Source of the DNA: Candidatus Hodarchaeota archaeon
GTDB taxonomy: Archaea > Asgardarchaeota > Heimdallarchaeia > Hodarchaeales > Hodarchaeaceae
DNA length: 44,211 nucleotides
Assembly (NCBI GenBank): GCA_016839785.1
Contig: JAEOTQ010000024.1
Coordinates: 1-44,211 of the forward strand
Reading direction: 5' to 3'
Below are positions 1 to 8,880 of this stretch, in pieces. The position numbers and the translations under genes were made by a program. How positions within the stretch are numbered: the first letter of the stretch is position 1; the number at the start of each line of letters is the position of its first letter. The notes under the pieces are model-generated. The model did no database searches. It saw only the letters and a program-made list of their open reading frames with translations, and had not been told where the DNA came from.

Positions 1-12
1 AGTAGTAGTAGA

Positions 13-189
13 ATGGGTTCAGCAAGTTTTTACAAAAGAGCACTGCGCATACTAAGACTTGCAAAAAAGCCTGATCGATCGGAAGTAATGTTAGTCATTA
101 AAATTACTGTTGCTGGAATGGCGATATTAGGTCTAGTCGCATTTGTTATTCGTTTCATAATATTTGTATTACTTGGCCGTGAACTATAG
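13..189 (+). CDS. secE: Protein translocase subunit SecE/Sec61-gamma (58 aa; not in ORF track)
   Basis: Hand translation MGSASFYKRALRILRLAKKPDRSEVMLVIKITVAGMAILGLVAFVIRF...: R-I-L-x-L-A-K-K-P motif plus one TM helix, directly upstream of spt5 as usual. Confidence 0.93.
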   Translation: MGSASFYKRALRILRLAKKPDRSEVMLVIKITVAGMAILGLVAFVIRFIIFVLLGREL

Positions 190-228
190 ATAAGATTTGA
201 ATTTGAACTCATTATAAGTTGAGATTAT

Positions 229-711
229 GTGGTTAGAATGCTAGAAAAATATGGTATTTACTGCTATAAGGTGAAAAAGGGCCAAGAATTCAATGCCGCA
301 GAATCACTTGCACAGTTTGCCGATGTTCACCGTTTCGATATAAACACTGTTCTTGTTACTGAGATTCAAGGGTACCTGTTCATTGAGGGGAATATTCAGG
401 ACATTCTAAAAGCTGTAGATAATGTCCATTATGTAAGTAAACAATTAGGACGTGTACCAATTTCTGAATTAGAAAATCAACTGGTTCCTACTCCAGTAAT
501 AGAAGGGTTAAAACCTGGAGATATTGTTGAAATCACGGAGGGCCCCTTCAAAGGAAGTCAAGCGAAGATTTCTTCTATTTATCAAGCTCGTGAGGAGATA
601 ACGGTTGATTTATTAACCAGTAGCGTTACGATACCGATCGTACTTCATGCTGATTCGGTGAAATTGATCCAACCGAGTGAAGAAGAAGACGAGACGGAAC
701 TTGAGCTCTAA
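229..711 (+). CDS. spt5: Transcription elongation factor Spt5 (NGN + KOW)
   Basis: GQE and GYLFIE NGN motifs; KOW motif GDIVEITEGPFKG; follows secE. Start may be ATG 238. Confidence 0.95.
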   Translation: MVRMLEKYGIYCYKVKKGQEFNAAESLAQFADVHRFDINTVLVTEIQGYLFIEGNIQDILKAVDNVHYVSKQLGRVPISELENQLVPTPVIEGLKPGDIVEITEGPFKGSQAKISSIYQAREEITVDLLTSSVTIPIVLHADSVKLIQPSEEEDETELEL

Positions 712-770
712 GTTTGTCTAACTACTAGAGCCTAGCTTATTAATCGTTAAAAAAGAAAGCCTTGACAAAG

Positions 771-830
771 AAGACGTTCTGCAGGAGTCTCGGTACTTCG
801 AGTTCTAACTGCTTAATTAGCGAAAACGAG
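771..830 (+). promoter_or_regulatory. Candidate uL10 autoregulatory leader (LSU rRNA H42-44 mimic)
   Basis: Bounded by AAGAC...CGAG, with nested stems GCAG/CTGC and CTCG/CGAG and a GCTTAATTAGC element; ends 9 nt before ATG 840. Confidence 0.5.
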
Positions 831-839
831 TTGAATATT

Positions 840-1760
840 ATGGCTATCTCAATATCAAAGACAAAAAGTGGGTTGACTAGGAAAGAAGCCCAAATTGAGA
901 CGATTGTAAAATTAGCAGAAGAGAATTCGGTTATTGGCATTGCTGATTTGAGTGGAATTAGTTCTAAAGCAATTCAAGGTATAAGGACATCTTTAAGATC
1001 AGGAGAGGTAGATGCAACACTTAAAGTGGCAAAAAATACTTTGAAAACAATTGCACTGGAAAAACTCCAAGAAAAAACTGACAAAAAAATTGTAGATCAA
1101 TTTATCTCCCATATCAATGGCTCATGCGCCCTAATTTTTACTAATGAAAATCCATTTAAGCTCCAACGATTTTTAAGCAAAAATACTGTCCCTGCTCCTG
1201 CTAAAGCAGGTCAAATTTCTCCTGTAGATGTATTTATTCCTGAGGGAGTTACTAATCTTGATCCAGGCCCAATCATCAGTGAATTAGGATCGATTGGATT
1301 ACAAACAAGAATTGAGAAAGGTAAGATTAGGATCACAAAAACAGCTAAAGTTCTTTCAATTGGAGATACTGTAAGTGAAACTCACGCTGCTGTACTTACA
1401 AGGCTTGGTATCCAACCATTCAGCGTAAACCTTAGAATCAGTCAAGTACTCGAAGGGAACGAAGTAATCGATGGAACTATACTTGAAGTCGATGAGGATC
1501 AAATTATATCAGATCTTCAACAAGCTTACATGAATGCACTAGCCATTGCAGTTGACCCACGTATAAATTATTACTCCAAAGAATCTATTCCAATCCTATT
1601 AGGAAAAGCGGCACGCCAGGCTCATGGGTTATCTATCGAGTCAAATTATTTAACTCAAGATAATCTCAATGTTTTACTTGCTAAAACAAAAGCACAAGCG
1701 AGCACATTGAAAGAAAAAGTTACTGAACAAGATTCAAAAATCGATTTCAAGGAATATTAA
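840..1760 (+). CDS. rpl10: 50S ribosomal protein uL10/P0
   Basis: KVAKNTL, PAPAKAGQISPVDV and GVTNLDPGP motifs; three C-terminal spine helices. ATG 840 preferred over TTG 762. Confidence 0.96.
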   Translation: MAISISKTKSGLTRKEAQIETIVKLAEENSVIGIADLSGISSKAIQGIRTSLRSGEVDATLKVAKNTLKTIALEKLQEKTDKKIVDQFISHINGSCALIFTNENPFKLQRFLSKNTVPAPAKAGQISPVDVFIPEGVTNLDPGPIISELGSIGLQTRIEKGKIRITKTAKVLSIGDTVSETHAAVLTRLGIQPFSVNLRISQVLEGNEVIDGTILEVDEDQIISDLQQAYMNALAIAVDPRINYYSKESIPILLGKAARQAHGLSIESNYLTQDNLNVLLAKTKAQASTLKEKVTEQDSKIDFKEY

Positions 1761-1793
1761 GAGTTTTTTCTATAAACCTAAACCGTTTGAGAA

Positions 1794-2717
1794 TTATTTC
1801 AAGAGTTTTCGGATAAATTCCTCTGACTCAAATCTCTCTAGATTTGAATATTTTTGCCCAGTTCCAATGTATAGGATTGGTACACCAGCTGTGGCATGAG
1901 TTACGGATATTAGAGCTCCTCCCCTGGCATCAGCGTCCATTTTAGACAGTATAACTCCATCAAGAGTAATAGACGCGTGAAAATCTGAGGCTTGTTTTGT
2001 TGCATCATTCCCAGCAAGAGCATCCACAACTAAAATAGTATAATCTGGATTAGTGACCCGTTTAATTTTTTTCATTTCTTCCATTAAATCCTTATTAATA
2101 GCCATTCGTCCAGAAGTATCGATTATGACAACATCAGCATATTTTGACTTTGCATGAGCTATAGCGTCATAGGCAACCGCAGCAGAATCACTCCCATAAT
2201 CTCCCGATATAATTTTTACACCCACTTTGTCTGCATGTATCTTTAGCTGTTCTTGGGCACCTGAACGAAATGTGTCGCTTGCAGCAAGAATTACTCTCAT
2301 TTTCTTCTTCTTCAGTAGATATGCTAACTTCGCAATAGTTGTAGTTTTGCCAGTTCCATTTATACCAAGTAACAAAATTACAATTGGTTTTTTCGTGAGA
2401 GATTGCTCTGTTTCTTTTCGTTTCTCAACGATCTCCTCAATTAAATCAAATGATTTTGTAGGGGAAATGATTTTTATTAGAGTAGGTTCTGCCACCTCTA
2501 AAAGTAATTTCGATAGGTCGCTAAATCTTCGGGTCCTTGTTCCTTTCATTTTTTTTACTAAATCATCTGTAATTGCATCAGCAACTTCAATTGATACATC
2601 ATTTGCGATCAATAATCGCTTAAAATCTCGAATCGCTCTCTGGACATTTTTTTCAGTAATTTCGTAGGTAGAGAGTTTCTTCTTTAGTGATCCCACCCCT
2701 TTTTTAAGCGAAGACAT
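1794..2717 (-). CDS. ftsY: SRP receptor FtsY (NG domain only)
   Basis: GINGTGKTTTIAKLA, DTFRSGAQEQL, DTSGR, SKMDADARGG, GTGQ motifs. Confidence 0.97.
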   Translation of the reverse strand: MSSLKKGVGSLKKKLSTYEITEKNVQRAIRDFKRLLIANDVSIEVADAITDDLVKKMKGTRTRRFSDLSKLLLEVAEPTLIKIISPTKSFDLIEEIVEKRKETEQSLTKKPIVILLLGINGTGKTTTIAKLAYLLKKKKMRVILAASDTFRSGAQEQLKIHADKVGVKIISGDYGSDSAAVAYDAIAHAKSKYADVVIIDTSGRMAINKDLMEEMKKIKRVTNPDYTILVVDALAGNDATKQASDFHASITLDGVILSKMDADARGGALISVTHATAGVPILYIGTGQKYSNLERFESEEFIRKLLK

Positions 2718-2773
2718 AGTAATATCATCCTACTAGTGTAGTATTCGATTCATAACCGTCAAGGTAAAATTCT

Positions 2774-3220
2774 TTACCCCAGTATCTGATAATCTTGGGC
2801 AATTTTCACCAATTCGGTTCTCCTGCTATTAATCATTTGGGAAAATTGATTGAATTGGTCCCTTAATTGCTTCAAATTGGAATTCAGACTGCTTAATTGA
2901 TCCTTATTCCTGTCTATTGCTTCCTTTAAAGGTGCTTGTCTACTAATACCTGATCCCAACGAGATATAAACATTTTCTGGGTCTTTAACTGAACAGAGAA
3001 CATAATTTGATCCTCCAATTGGAATTAAAATTTCATCTCCACTCTTTTTTCCTTCCAATTCTTCTTGAGTAAATATTGAACTATCTATTGAATTCATAGC
3101 CCTGTTGATAAGCGATATTTGTTGCTCAATCGCGTTTATACTCATCTGTAGTTGCTCTATTTCGGTTTGAAGAACTTGAACTCTTTTTAGAATCTCTGGA
3201 GGCAAATTGGTGTTTGCCAT
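2774..3220 (-). CDS. pfdA: Prefoldin alpha subunit
   Basis: Two coiled coils flanking EILIPIGG and VYISLGSG hairpins; conserved position next to ftsY. Confidence 0.95.
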   Translation of the reverse strand: MANTNLPPEILKRVQVLQTEIEQLQMSINAIEQQISLINRAMNSIDSSIFTQEELEGKKSGDEILIPIGGSNYVLCSVKDPENVYISLGSGISRQAPLKEAIDRNKDQLSSLNSNLKQLRDQFNQFSQMINSRRTELVKIAQDYQILG

Positions 3221-3222
3221 AG

Positions 3223-3498
3223 TTAATCCTCGACAGGAATGGAGAAATCATTTTTTATGATTTTTTCGATTAATGGATCTGTAATCTCATCTTTCGTGAT
3301 TTCCATTATCGATTGGATTTTGATTTGACTTCTTTTTAGACGGTTTTTACTTCCAAATTGAGAAAATAACTTATCTTTTGCGTTTCTTTGTGTTAAAGCC
3401 AAATATTCTTTAGAGAATGGTGTAGTTTCCCGTCTCTGTTTAAAATATCCAGAAATTCGATAAATTTTTACAGATTTTTCATTTGTCATGTGTGACAC
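3223..3498 (-). CDS. rpl18a: 50S ribosomal protein eL20 (L18ae/LX)
   Basis: KIYRISG, FSKE and LFSQFGSKNRLKRSQIKI motifs; synteny. Start may be ATG 3489. Confidence 0.93.
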   Translation of the reverse strand: MSHMTNEKSVKIYRISGYFKQRRETTPFSKEYLALTQRNAKDKLFSQFGSKNRLKRSQIKIQSIMEITKDEITDPLIEKIIKNDFSIPVED

Positions 3499-3541
3499 CT
3501 CTATTTTTTTTTAGATCAATTTTACTTAATTATATTCTTTT

Positions 3542-4195
3542 TTATGACGAGAAGCATCGTGTTATTTCCATGATTTCGATACCAGTTGTTTCTCGCCCGA
3601 TTAACATGCCTTTAGAGTTCCCGATGATTCCAGAGGCGATAAATTCAGATCCCTTATTGACACTTCCAACCCCGACTTCTTGAAGGTTTAGAATCCTTTT
3701 CAGCTCTTTTACTTCATCTTCATTAGCAAGCGGGGTGAATAGTCCTCCATAGTTTGTAATATAAGCTAAACTTCCAACCAAATCCGAATTAGCTATCGTT
3801 TTAATTGAAAGAGGAACTTTGAGGATACGTTGGATGTTCTCACGTATTGAGGGGGGAATTACTGGTGAAATTATTCCCCCATTATCATTTGCTAAAACTA
3901 CATTGCCAAAGGCAAAGAACTCTGGAGCCTGATAAACAGGAAGGCCTGTTGATTCTATTTTTTCAACAACTTCTTTAGCAATTACATTTGAGATTATAAA
4001 CCCGTTTGAATTCCCTATAACTAATGAGCCAATGATCCTTTCAGGGAGTCTGATGGCTGTTACTTTCATTGTAGATTCTATAAGATTGACTAGTGTGTCT
4101 GGTGTTTCAATTGGTACCAAAGCGTAGCTTTCTGTACATAGTATTGAAACTCCGATATGGATATTGCCGTTTAAGTCTGCAAATTCAATTTCCAA
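3542..4195 (-). CDS. eif6: Translation initiation factor 6 (aIF6)
   Basis: IGSLVIGNSNG, GNVVLANDNG, GSVNKGS, GRETTGIE pentein repeats. Confidence 0.96.
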   Translation of the reverse strand: MEIEFADLNGNIHIGVSILCTESYALVPIETPDTLVNLIESTMKVTAIRLPERIIGSLVIGNSNGFIISNVIAKEVVEKIESTGLPVYQAPEFFAFGNVVLANDNGGIISPVIPPSIRENIQRILKVPLSIKTIANSDLVGSLAYITNYGGLFTPLANEDEVKELKRILNLQEVGVGSVNKGSEFIASGIIGNSKGMLIGRETTGIEIMEITRCFSS

Positions 4196-4256
4196 CGCCT
4201 AGCCTCCTATAGTTATCGATAATTCATGAGCCTCTATTAATCTGAAACTCAAGTTT

Positions 4257-4538
4257 TCATGCAAGGAAAACTGTAACGATGTCATCTTCGGTTTTTACTG
4301 CACGAATGCGAATTCTTCGTGGTGGATATTGGATTCCTCTTGTCCACATTAATTCATTGACTTCCGCAGTAATAATTATATTATCACTCCTAAGATGACG
4401 TTTAATGAATGCTTTAAGGTGACGCATTGCTCTTGGAGTCCTCTTCTTACGTGGAATTTTCCGTCCATATACCACCTTACTAAAGGGTACGGTGTAAATT
4501 CTTTCCTCGATTATGGAATCTTCTGATGTTTCACTCAT
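4257..4538 (-). CDS. rpl31e: 50S ribosomal protein eL31
   Basis: ERIYTVP, KRTPRA, NELMWTRGIQYPPRRIRIR. Confidence 0.97.
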   Translation of the reverse strand: MSETSEDSIIEERIYTVPFSKVVYGRKIPRKKRTPRAMRHLKAFIKRHLRSDNIIITAEVNELMWTRGIQYPPRRIRIRAVKTEDDIVTVFLA

Positions 4539-4549
4539 ATTCTTTCACC

Positions 4550-4705
4550 TTATGGTTTTATCTTAGTACTACGCCACCGTCTCTTTTTAGGGTGATTTGT
4601 AAATCGTCGAGAGGTTTTCATGATAACCCAAGTTGGAACAGTTTGGTTTTCCCGTCCTTTTTTTCCCAGTCTAATTTTTTTAGGAAATGGTTTATTTCGT
4701 GCCAT
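4550..4705 (-). CDS. rpl39e: 50S ribosomal protein eL39 (51 aa; not in ORF track)
   Basis: Hand translation [51 protein letters not shown]; directly upstream of eL31. Confidence 0.96.
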   Translation of the reverse strand: MARNKPFPKKIRLGKKGRENQTVPTWVIMKTSRRFTNHPKKRRWRSTKIKP

Positions 4706-4717
4706 CATTCTTTCTCC

Positions 4718-5377
4718 TTAATTCTTTTCCACTTTTGTAGATGGACCCATTGTTGTTTTTATGGTTACTGATTTGATCTGTGTCCATCCTTTCGGTAATT
4801 TACCTGTAAGCGTTTGGAGAATCGCGTTGGCATTTTCAGATAACACTTTGTTATCTAAATTTGCCTTCCCTATTTTTGCGTTAATTACTGGGGTAGATTT
4901 TAAACGTAATTTCACTGTTCTACCGTAACGTTCCACAAACTTGTCGATATCCACTCTTGGAGGTATAGGTTTCGGCATTTTACCTCTTGGCCCAAGGATT
5001 TTTCCCAGAAATCTCGCTACCACTCCCATTAATGGTGGTTCAGCAAGAAAAAAAGCGTACTGATTAGCGAATTTTTTTGCTTGTTTCGGTTCTTTAGATA
5101 TCTGTTCGATTTCCTTTCGGCCTAAGGTCTGTAATCCTGATTCTTTAGATTTTGTTGCGAGGTCTCCCTCAGCAAAGACGGCAACACGAATGTCGCCTCC
5201 CAAATCGTTAGGAACCAGGGTTTCGATATTTATTCGGTTCGTAGGATTTTTTAAGTCAATATCACGTAAGCCTACAGAAATTTCTACGGTCTCAGTGAAT
5301 TTCCGCTGTTTTCTTTCTTCACTTAAACTCTTGGCTTTTGATATTGCTTCTTCCAATTGATTTGGTGCATAAGACAT
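4718..5377 (-). CDS. rpl1: 50S ribosomal protein uL1
   Basis: RKFTETVE, LGKILGPRGKMP, KTTMGP motifs. Confidence 0.97.
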   Translation of the reverse strand: MSYAPNQLEEAISKAKSLSEERKQRKFTETVEISVGLRDIDLKNPTNRINIETLVPNDLGGDIRVAVFAEGDLATKSKESGLQTLGRKEIEQISKEPKQAKKFANQYAFFLAEPPLMGVVARFLGKILGPRGKMPKPIPPRVDIDKFVERYGRTVKLRLKSTPVINAKIGKANLDNKVLSENANAILQTLTGKLPKGWTQIKSVTIKTTMGPSTKVEKN

Positions 5378-5721
5378 AATAAAATCCCTTCTGATTTATT
5401 TAACGGGTTTTATTTAATTTTTTAGACTGTGTCTAGGTTTTTTAGACTTATTTTTTGTGTGTTTTGAGGTCTTTATCCTTCCTTGACAAACTTGAAACCC
5501 AGTAATGTGGGTCAATATATACGAGTTCTTTTGAGGCTTCTGCTCTTTTTTAATGCTTCTCATTTTTTACTTTGAGAAGAGCCAAGTTTAATGGATTGGA
5601 AGGGAGCGTATCACAATGACAAATCTTAATTTGTCTACTAAATCTCCCTTACATATCAAGCATATCAACCGATTCCAAAGGTATAGGCTTTTTTTCGATT
5701 GAAATCAAACTTGTGAACAAA

Positions 5722-6192
5722 ATGGCGAAAACAGTTGAAGCATTAGTAGATGCAGGTCAAGCCACCCCTGGTCCACCACTCGGTCCAGCGCTCGGCCCTC
5801 TCGGTGTAAATATTAAGGCAGTTATCGATGAAATTAACAAGAAAACTCAAGAATTTAAAGGTATGAAAGTACCAATCGTTGTTGAAGTAGACGATAATCG
5901 GAAATTTACCATTACTGTCGGAGTACCCCCAACTTCATCGTTATTATTAAGTGAAGCTGGAGTAGAGAAAGGAAGTGGGACACCAAACTCTGAAAAGGTT
6001 GGTAATTTAAAGTTTGACCAATGTATTAAAGTAGCTAAAATGAAGCAGAATACAATGTTGGCTGTAGATTTACGTTCTGCCGTTAAAGAAGTTGTAGGAA
6101 CTTGTGTTTCGATTGGTCTAACAATAGATGATTTAGAACCTAAAAAAATCATTGAAGAAATAAATTCAGGCACCTATGATAATTTCTTTTGA
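5722..6192 (+). CDS. rpl11: 50S ribosomal protein uL11
   Basis: GQATPGPPLGPALGPLG and KEVVGTCVSIG motifs; ATG 5722 preferred over GTG 5713. Confidence 0.97.
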   Translation: MAKTVEALVDAGQATPGPPLGPALGPLGVNIKAVIDEINKKTQEFKGMKVPIVVEVDDNRKFTITVGVPPTSSLLLSEAGVEKGSGTPNSEKVGNLKFDQCIKVAKMKQNTMLAVDLRSAVKEVVGTCVSIGLTIDDLEPKKIIEEINSGTYDNFF

Positions 6193-6198
6193 CAAATA

Positions 6199-7398
6199 AT
6201 GACTGAATACAAACTACTTGAAAAACAAGTTGGAATAACAGGTCATTATTTACAATTTTCTGGTGTTGGGGGAATAATCAAGCAATTTCCAGAAGATTTT
6301 ATCGTTAATGAAATTACTCCCAGTGGAAAAATCCTCACCACAGGAATGGAAATCGGAGACGATATCGGAGGGATGTATGTTCATTTTACCTTATGGAAAC
6401 GAGGATTTGATACAAATTCAGCCTTGAAAAGAATATGTAATATCTGTGGTCATAATGAAAAGGATTTTGGTTACGCAGGATTAAAGGATGCCCAAGCAGT
6501 AACTTTTCAGAGGATATCTGTCTGGGCTGGCCAGAAGGACTGCTTAGAACGAATAAATCTACCTGATTTAAAAGTTATAAATCCAATTAGACAGAAATTT
6601 GGTATCGCTATTGGTGACCTTATTGGAAATCATTTTCAAGTGAAAATTCGCAATATTCAGAGAAAAGCGGATGATTTGGAATTGAATTCCTTTTGTTCAG
6701 ATGCAGAGATGAATGGTTTTTTGAATTATTATGGTCTTCAACGTTTTGGTTCAAAAAGACCAATTCTCCACAAGTTTGGTCAATATTTACTTCAAGAAAA
6801 ATACTCACTCGCAATCGATCTATATTTAGGTGCTTCTTCGGAATTTGAAAACGAAAACATTACAAAGATTAGACAGATGTATAATGAAGAAGAATCTTTA
6901 GAAGAGATTTTCGAACTATTCCCATTCGCATACTCATTCGAACGAAAGATGCTCTCAGGGTTAATGAAAGGTAGCTCAAAAGAGAGAATAATAAAATCGT
7001 TTCCAATGTATTTTCTACGTCTGGCAATTTCTGCATATCAATCTTTTATCTTCAATAAAATACTAAGTAATCTTCATTCCCAGGGATATCAAATCTTATC
7101 AAAAATGAAAATACCGATAATCGGTTATTCCACAGATATATCAAAGTTGCCGTTGGAGATAAAAGCATTATTACAAGATTTTCTTACCGAAGATGACTTA
7201 ACTTTGAGATCCTTCAGTCACCAGATAAAGAAATTAAGTTCTAAGGGAACGGAAAGAGCTGCAATTACAAAACCTTCCCGAATTAAAATGCTAGCGGATT
7301 ATAGCGAAGATGACTCTATACAGGTTCATTTCAGTTTATCTAAGGGCTCTTATGGAACGATGTTTCTGAGAGAAATAATGAAAAATGAGTTATTTTAA
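6199..7398 (+). CDS. truD: tRNA pseudouridine(13) synthase TruD/Pus7
   Basis: IKQFPEDFIVNE, YAGLKDAQAVTFQ (catalytic Asp), GNHF, NYYGLQRFG, FSLSKGSYGT. Confidence 0.96.
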   Translation: MTEYKLLEKQVGITGHYLQFSGVGGIIKQFPEDFIVNEITPSGKILTTGMEIGDDIGGMYVHFTLWKRGFDTNSALKRICNICGHNEKDFGYAGLKDAQAVTFQRISVWAGQKDCLERINLPDLKVINPIRQKFGIAIGDLIGNHFQVKIRNIQRKADDLELNSFCSDAEMNGFLNYYGLQRFGSKRPILHKFGQYLLQEKYSLAIDLYLGASSEFENENITKIRQMYNEEESLEEIFELFPFAYSFERKMLSGLMKGSSKERIIKSFPMYFLRLAISAYQSFIFNKILSNLHSQGYQILSKMKIPIIGYSTDISKLPLEIKALLQDFLTEDDLTLRSFSHQIKKLSSKGTERAAITKPSRIKMLADYSEDDSIQVHFSLSKGSYGTMFLREIMKNELF

Positions 7399-7404
7399 AA
7401 GAAA

Positions 7405-7806
7405 TTATTCAGGATAGAATTTTCCTTCTTTCACTTTCCCATTCAAACTCTTTTGTGTAATAAGAGTCTCAATTGCTTTACTAACTGCTTTAGATGAAAT
7501 TCCTTGAATCTCAATCTCATCAATGGGGGTGGGCTTTTCGATTAACTTAACTGCTTGAATGAGTAATTCTTTCTTTGATGTACCTGAACCCATCTCATCT
7601 CCCTTTATTTTTTTAAGAGCTGCACGAACTGAGGCGTTACATTCTGGGCATCTAAATGACCCCATAATCGTAAGAGTAACTCTTCCCTCTTTATCGGGCA
7701 TTGGACTTACTAACTGCCAAGTTTTGGAGGGAGGGGTTTTTACTGGATCGAGTTCTGTACCACATTTCTTACAAGAGATTTTTTTCTTCCTTTTTCCAGA
7801 GCTCAT
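7405..7806 (-). CDS. Zn-binding Cren7-like domain with C-terminal winged-helix/PCI-like extension
   Basis: CKKC...PSKTWQLVSP...MGSFRCPEC parallels Cren7 (P-x-K-x-W-x-L...G-x-F-x-x-P-E); C-terminus IETLITQKSLNGKV resembles a PCI/wHTH end. Confidence 0.6.
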   Translation of the reverse strand: MSSGKRKKKISCKKCGTELDPVKTPPSKTWQLVSPMPDKEGRVTLTIMGSFRCPECNASVRAALKKIKGDEMGSGTSKKELLIQAVKLIEKPTPIDEIEIQGISSKAVSKAIETLITQKSLNGKVKEGKFYPE

Positions 7807-7841
7807 GAAATAATCACATCAGTCTTTGATTGTTCTCTTTT

Positions 7842-8060
7842 TTATAATTCAACCATTTGAATTGAGGATTTCAAGCAGGCAGGGCAAAGTTCTGCACTGA
7901 GAGGTCTTGCAACTCGTTTTCCGCTTTTTGTTTTAGTTTTTTTGTTAGTACGTAACTCACTACCGCATATTCGACAGTGAGAAGAAGTAGCGGACTTTTT
8001 GGTCTTGTGATTAACAATATGTCCACCTGGAGTTTTCTTTTTTACTATATTTTTAGTCAC
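7842..8060 (-). CDS. rpl34e: 50S ribosomal protein eL34 (short N-terminus)
   Basis: KTPGG, CRICGSEL, KRVARPL, LCPAC; follows the DUF106 gene as usual; GTG start with AGGTGA SD. Confidence 0.92.
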   Translation of the reverse strand: MTKNIVKKKTPGGHIVNHKTKKSATSSHCRICGSELRTNKKTKTKSGKRVARPLSAELCPACLKSSIQMVEL

Positions 8061-8081
8061 TAAGTTTCACCTTTGAAATAA

Positions 8082-8723
8082 TTAATCAGGTTGTAGACCT
8101 GCAAGTTTTTGAAAGATTGATCCGAATGTAATACTTCCTCCAAAATACCACCAGACATAATCTGGACGAAAAACTTGGCCCCATCCTTCCACATACGTGT
8201 ATGTGCCTATTCTTAGAAGTATACTTTCTGGTAATTCAAACGGGATTACTGCAGGGATCGCTTCACCTCTGTATATATTAGAGAGAAGGACAAAAAATAA
8301 CATTAAGGGAAGAAATGTAATGAGTAAAGGTTTCATTCTCATTGATGTTAATTCAGACTGTAATTTCTTCATCTTGTCGGCGTTTCTTTCGTATTTCAGC
8401 TTTAACTTCGTATCAGCTGTTTTCATCATCTCCATTCGCATTTTATTGTGTTTTTTTGTTTCTCTCGTTAAGGTACCTAATCGATCTATGTCTATCATAT
8501 ATCTTGACACTAAAGTAGACCCAAGAGACACAAAGAAAGATACTATTAGAATGAAAATTGATGATAAGGGAGGGTTTTCAGGAGGAAAAGAAGCTAAAGT
8601 TGTTAAGAATGTGTTTAACGTTTCAGCCAAGAATATACCAACATTATTTAGAATAAACATCGTGTGTTCCTTCAATATCATCTTATTCAGGACTAGGGAG
8701 GATAAATCAAAGTCCTTCTTCAT
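8082..8723 (-). CDS. EMC3/TMCO1 (DUF106) Oxa1-superfamily membrane insertase
   Basis: TM1, cytoplasmic coiled coil, MKP motif, TM2, loop, WWYF-TM3; upstream of eL34. True start may be later. Confidence 0.9.
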   Translation of the reverse strand: MKKDFDLSSLVLNKMILKEHTMFILNNVGIFLAETLNTFLTTLASFPPENPPLSSIFILIVSFFVSLGSTLVSRYMIDIDRLGTLTRETKKHNKMRMEMMKTADTKLKLKYERNADKMKKLQSELTSMRMKPLLITFLPLMLFFVLLSNIYRGEAIPAVIPFELPESILLRIGTYTYVEGWGQVFRPDYVWWYFGGSITFGSIFQKLAGLQPD

Positions 8724-8880
8724 AATAACGATTTTAATTTTCTGTTTTATCTTCTCGTATCATGATCACAATAACCCTCTTAGATACCTAATATTATGGT
8801 AACTCGAAGGTTTATCAATATTATTTTATTAGAACTCTTGTTATACGTTGAATGAGTTCTTATCATTTGCAAGTAAGGGC

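Noticed and set aside
30-212. Minus-strand 60-aa ORF
   Set aside because: Antisense shadow of secE.
762-839. TTG-initiated N-terminal extension of uL10
   Set aside because: Not L10-like; better explained as a structured leader.
4526-4771. Plus-strand 81-aa ORF
   Set aside because: Shadow of eL39 and the uL1 end.
8197-8802. Plus-strand 201-aa ORF
   Set aside because: Antisense to the EMC3/TMCO1 gene with no motifs; the same applies to the other short antisense ORFs in the track.
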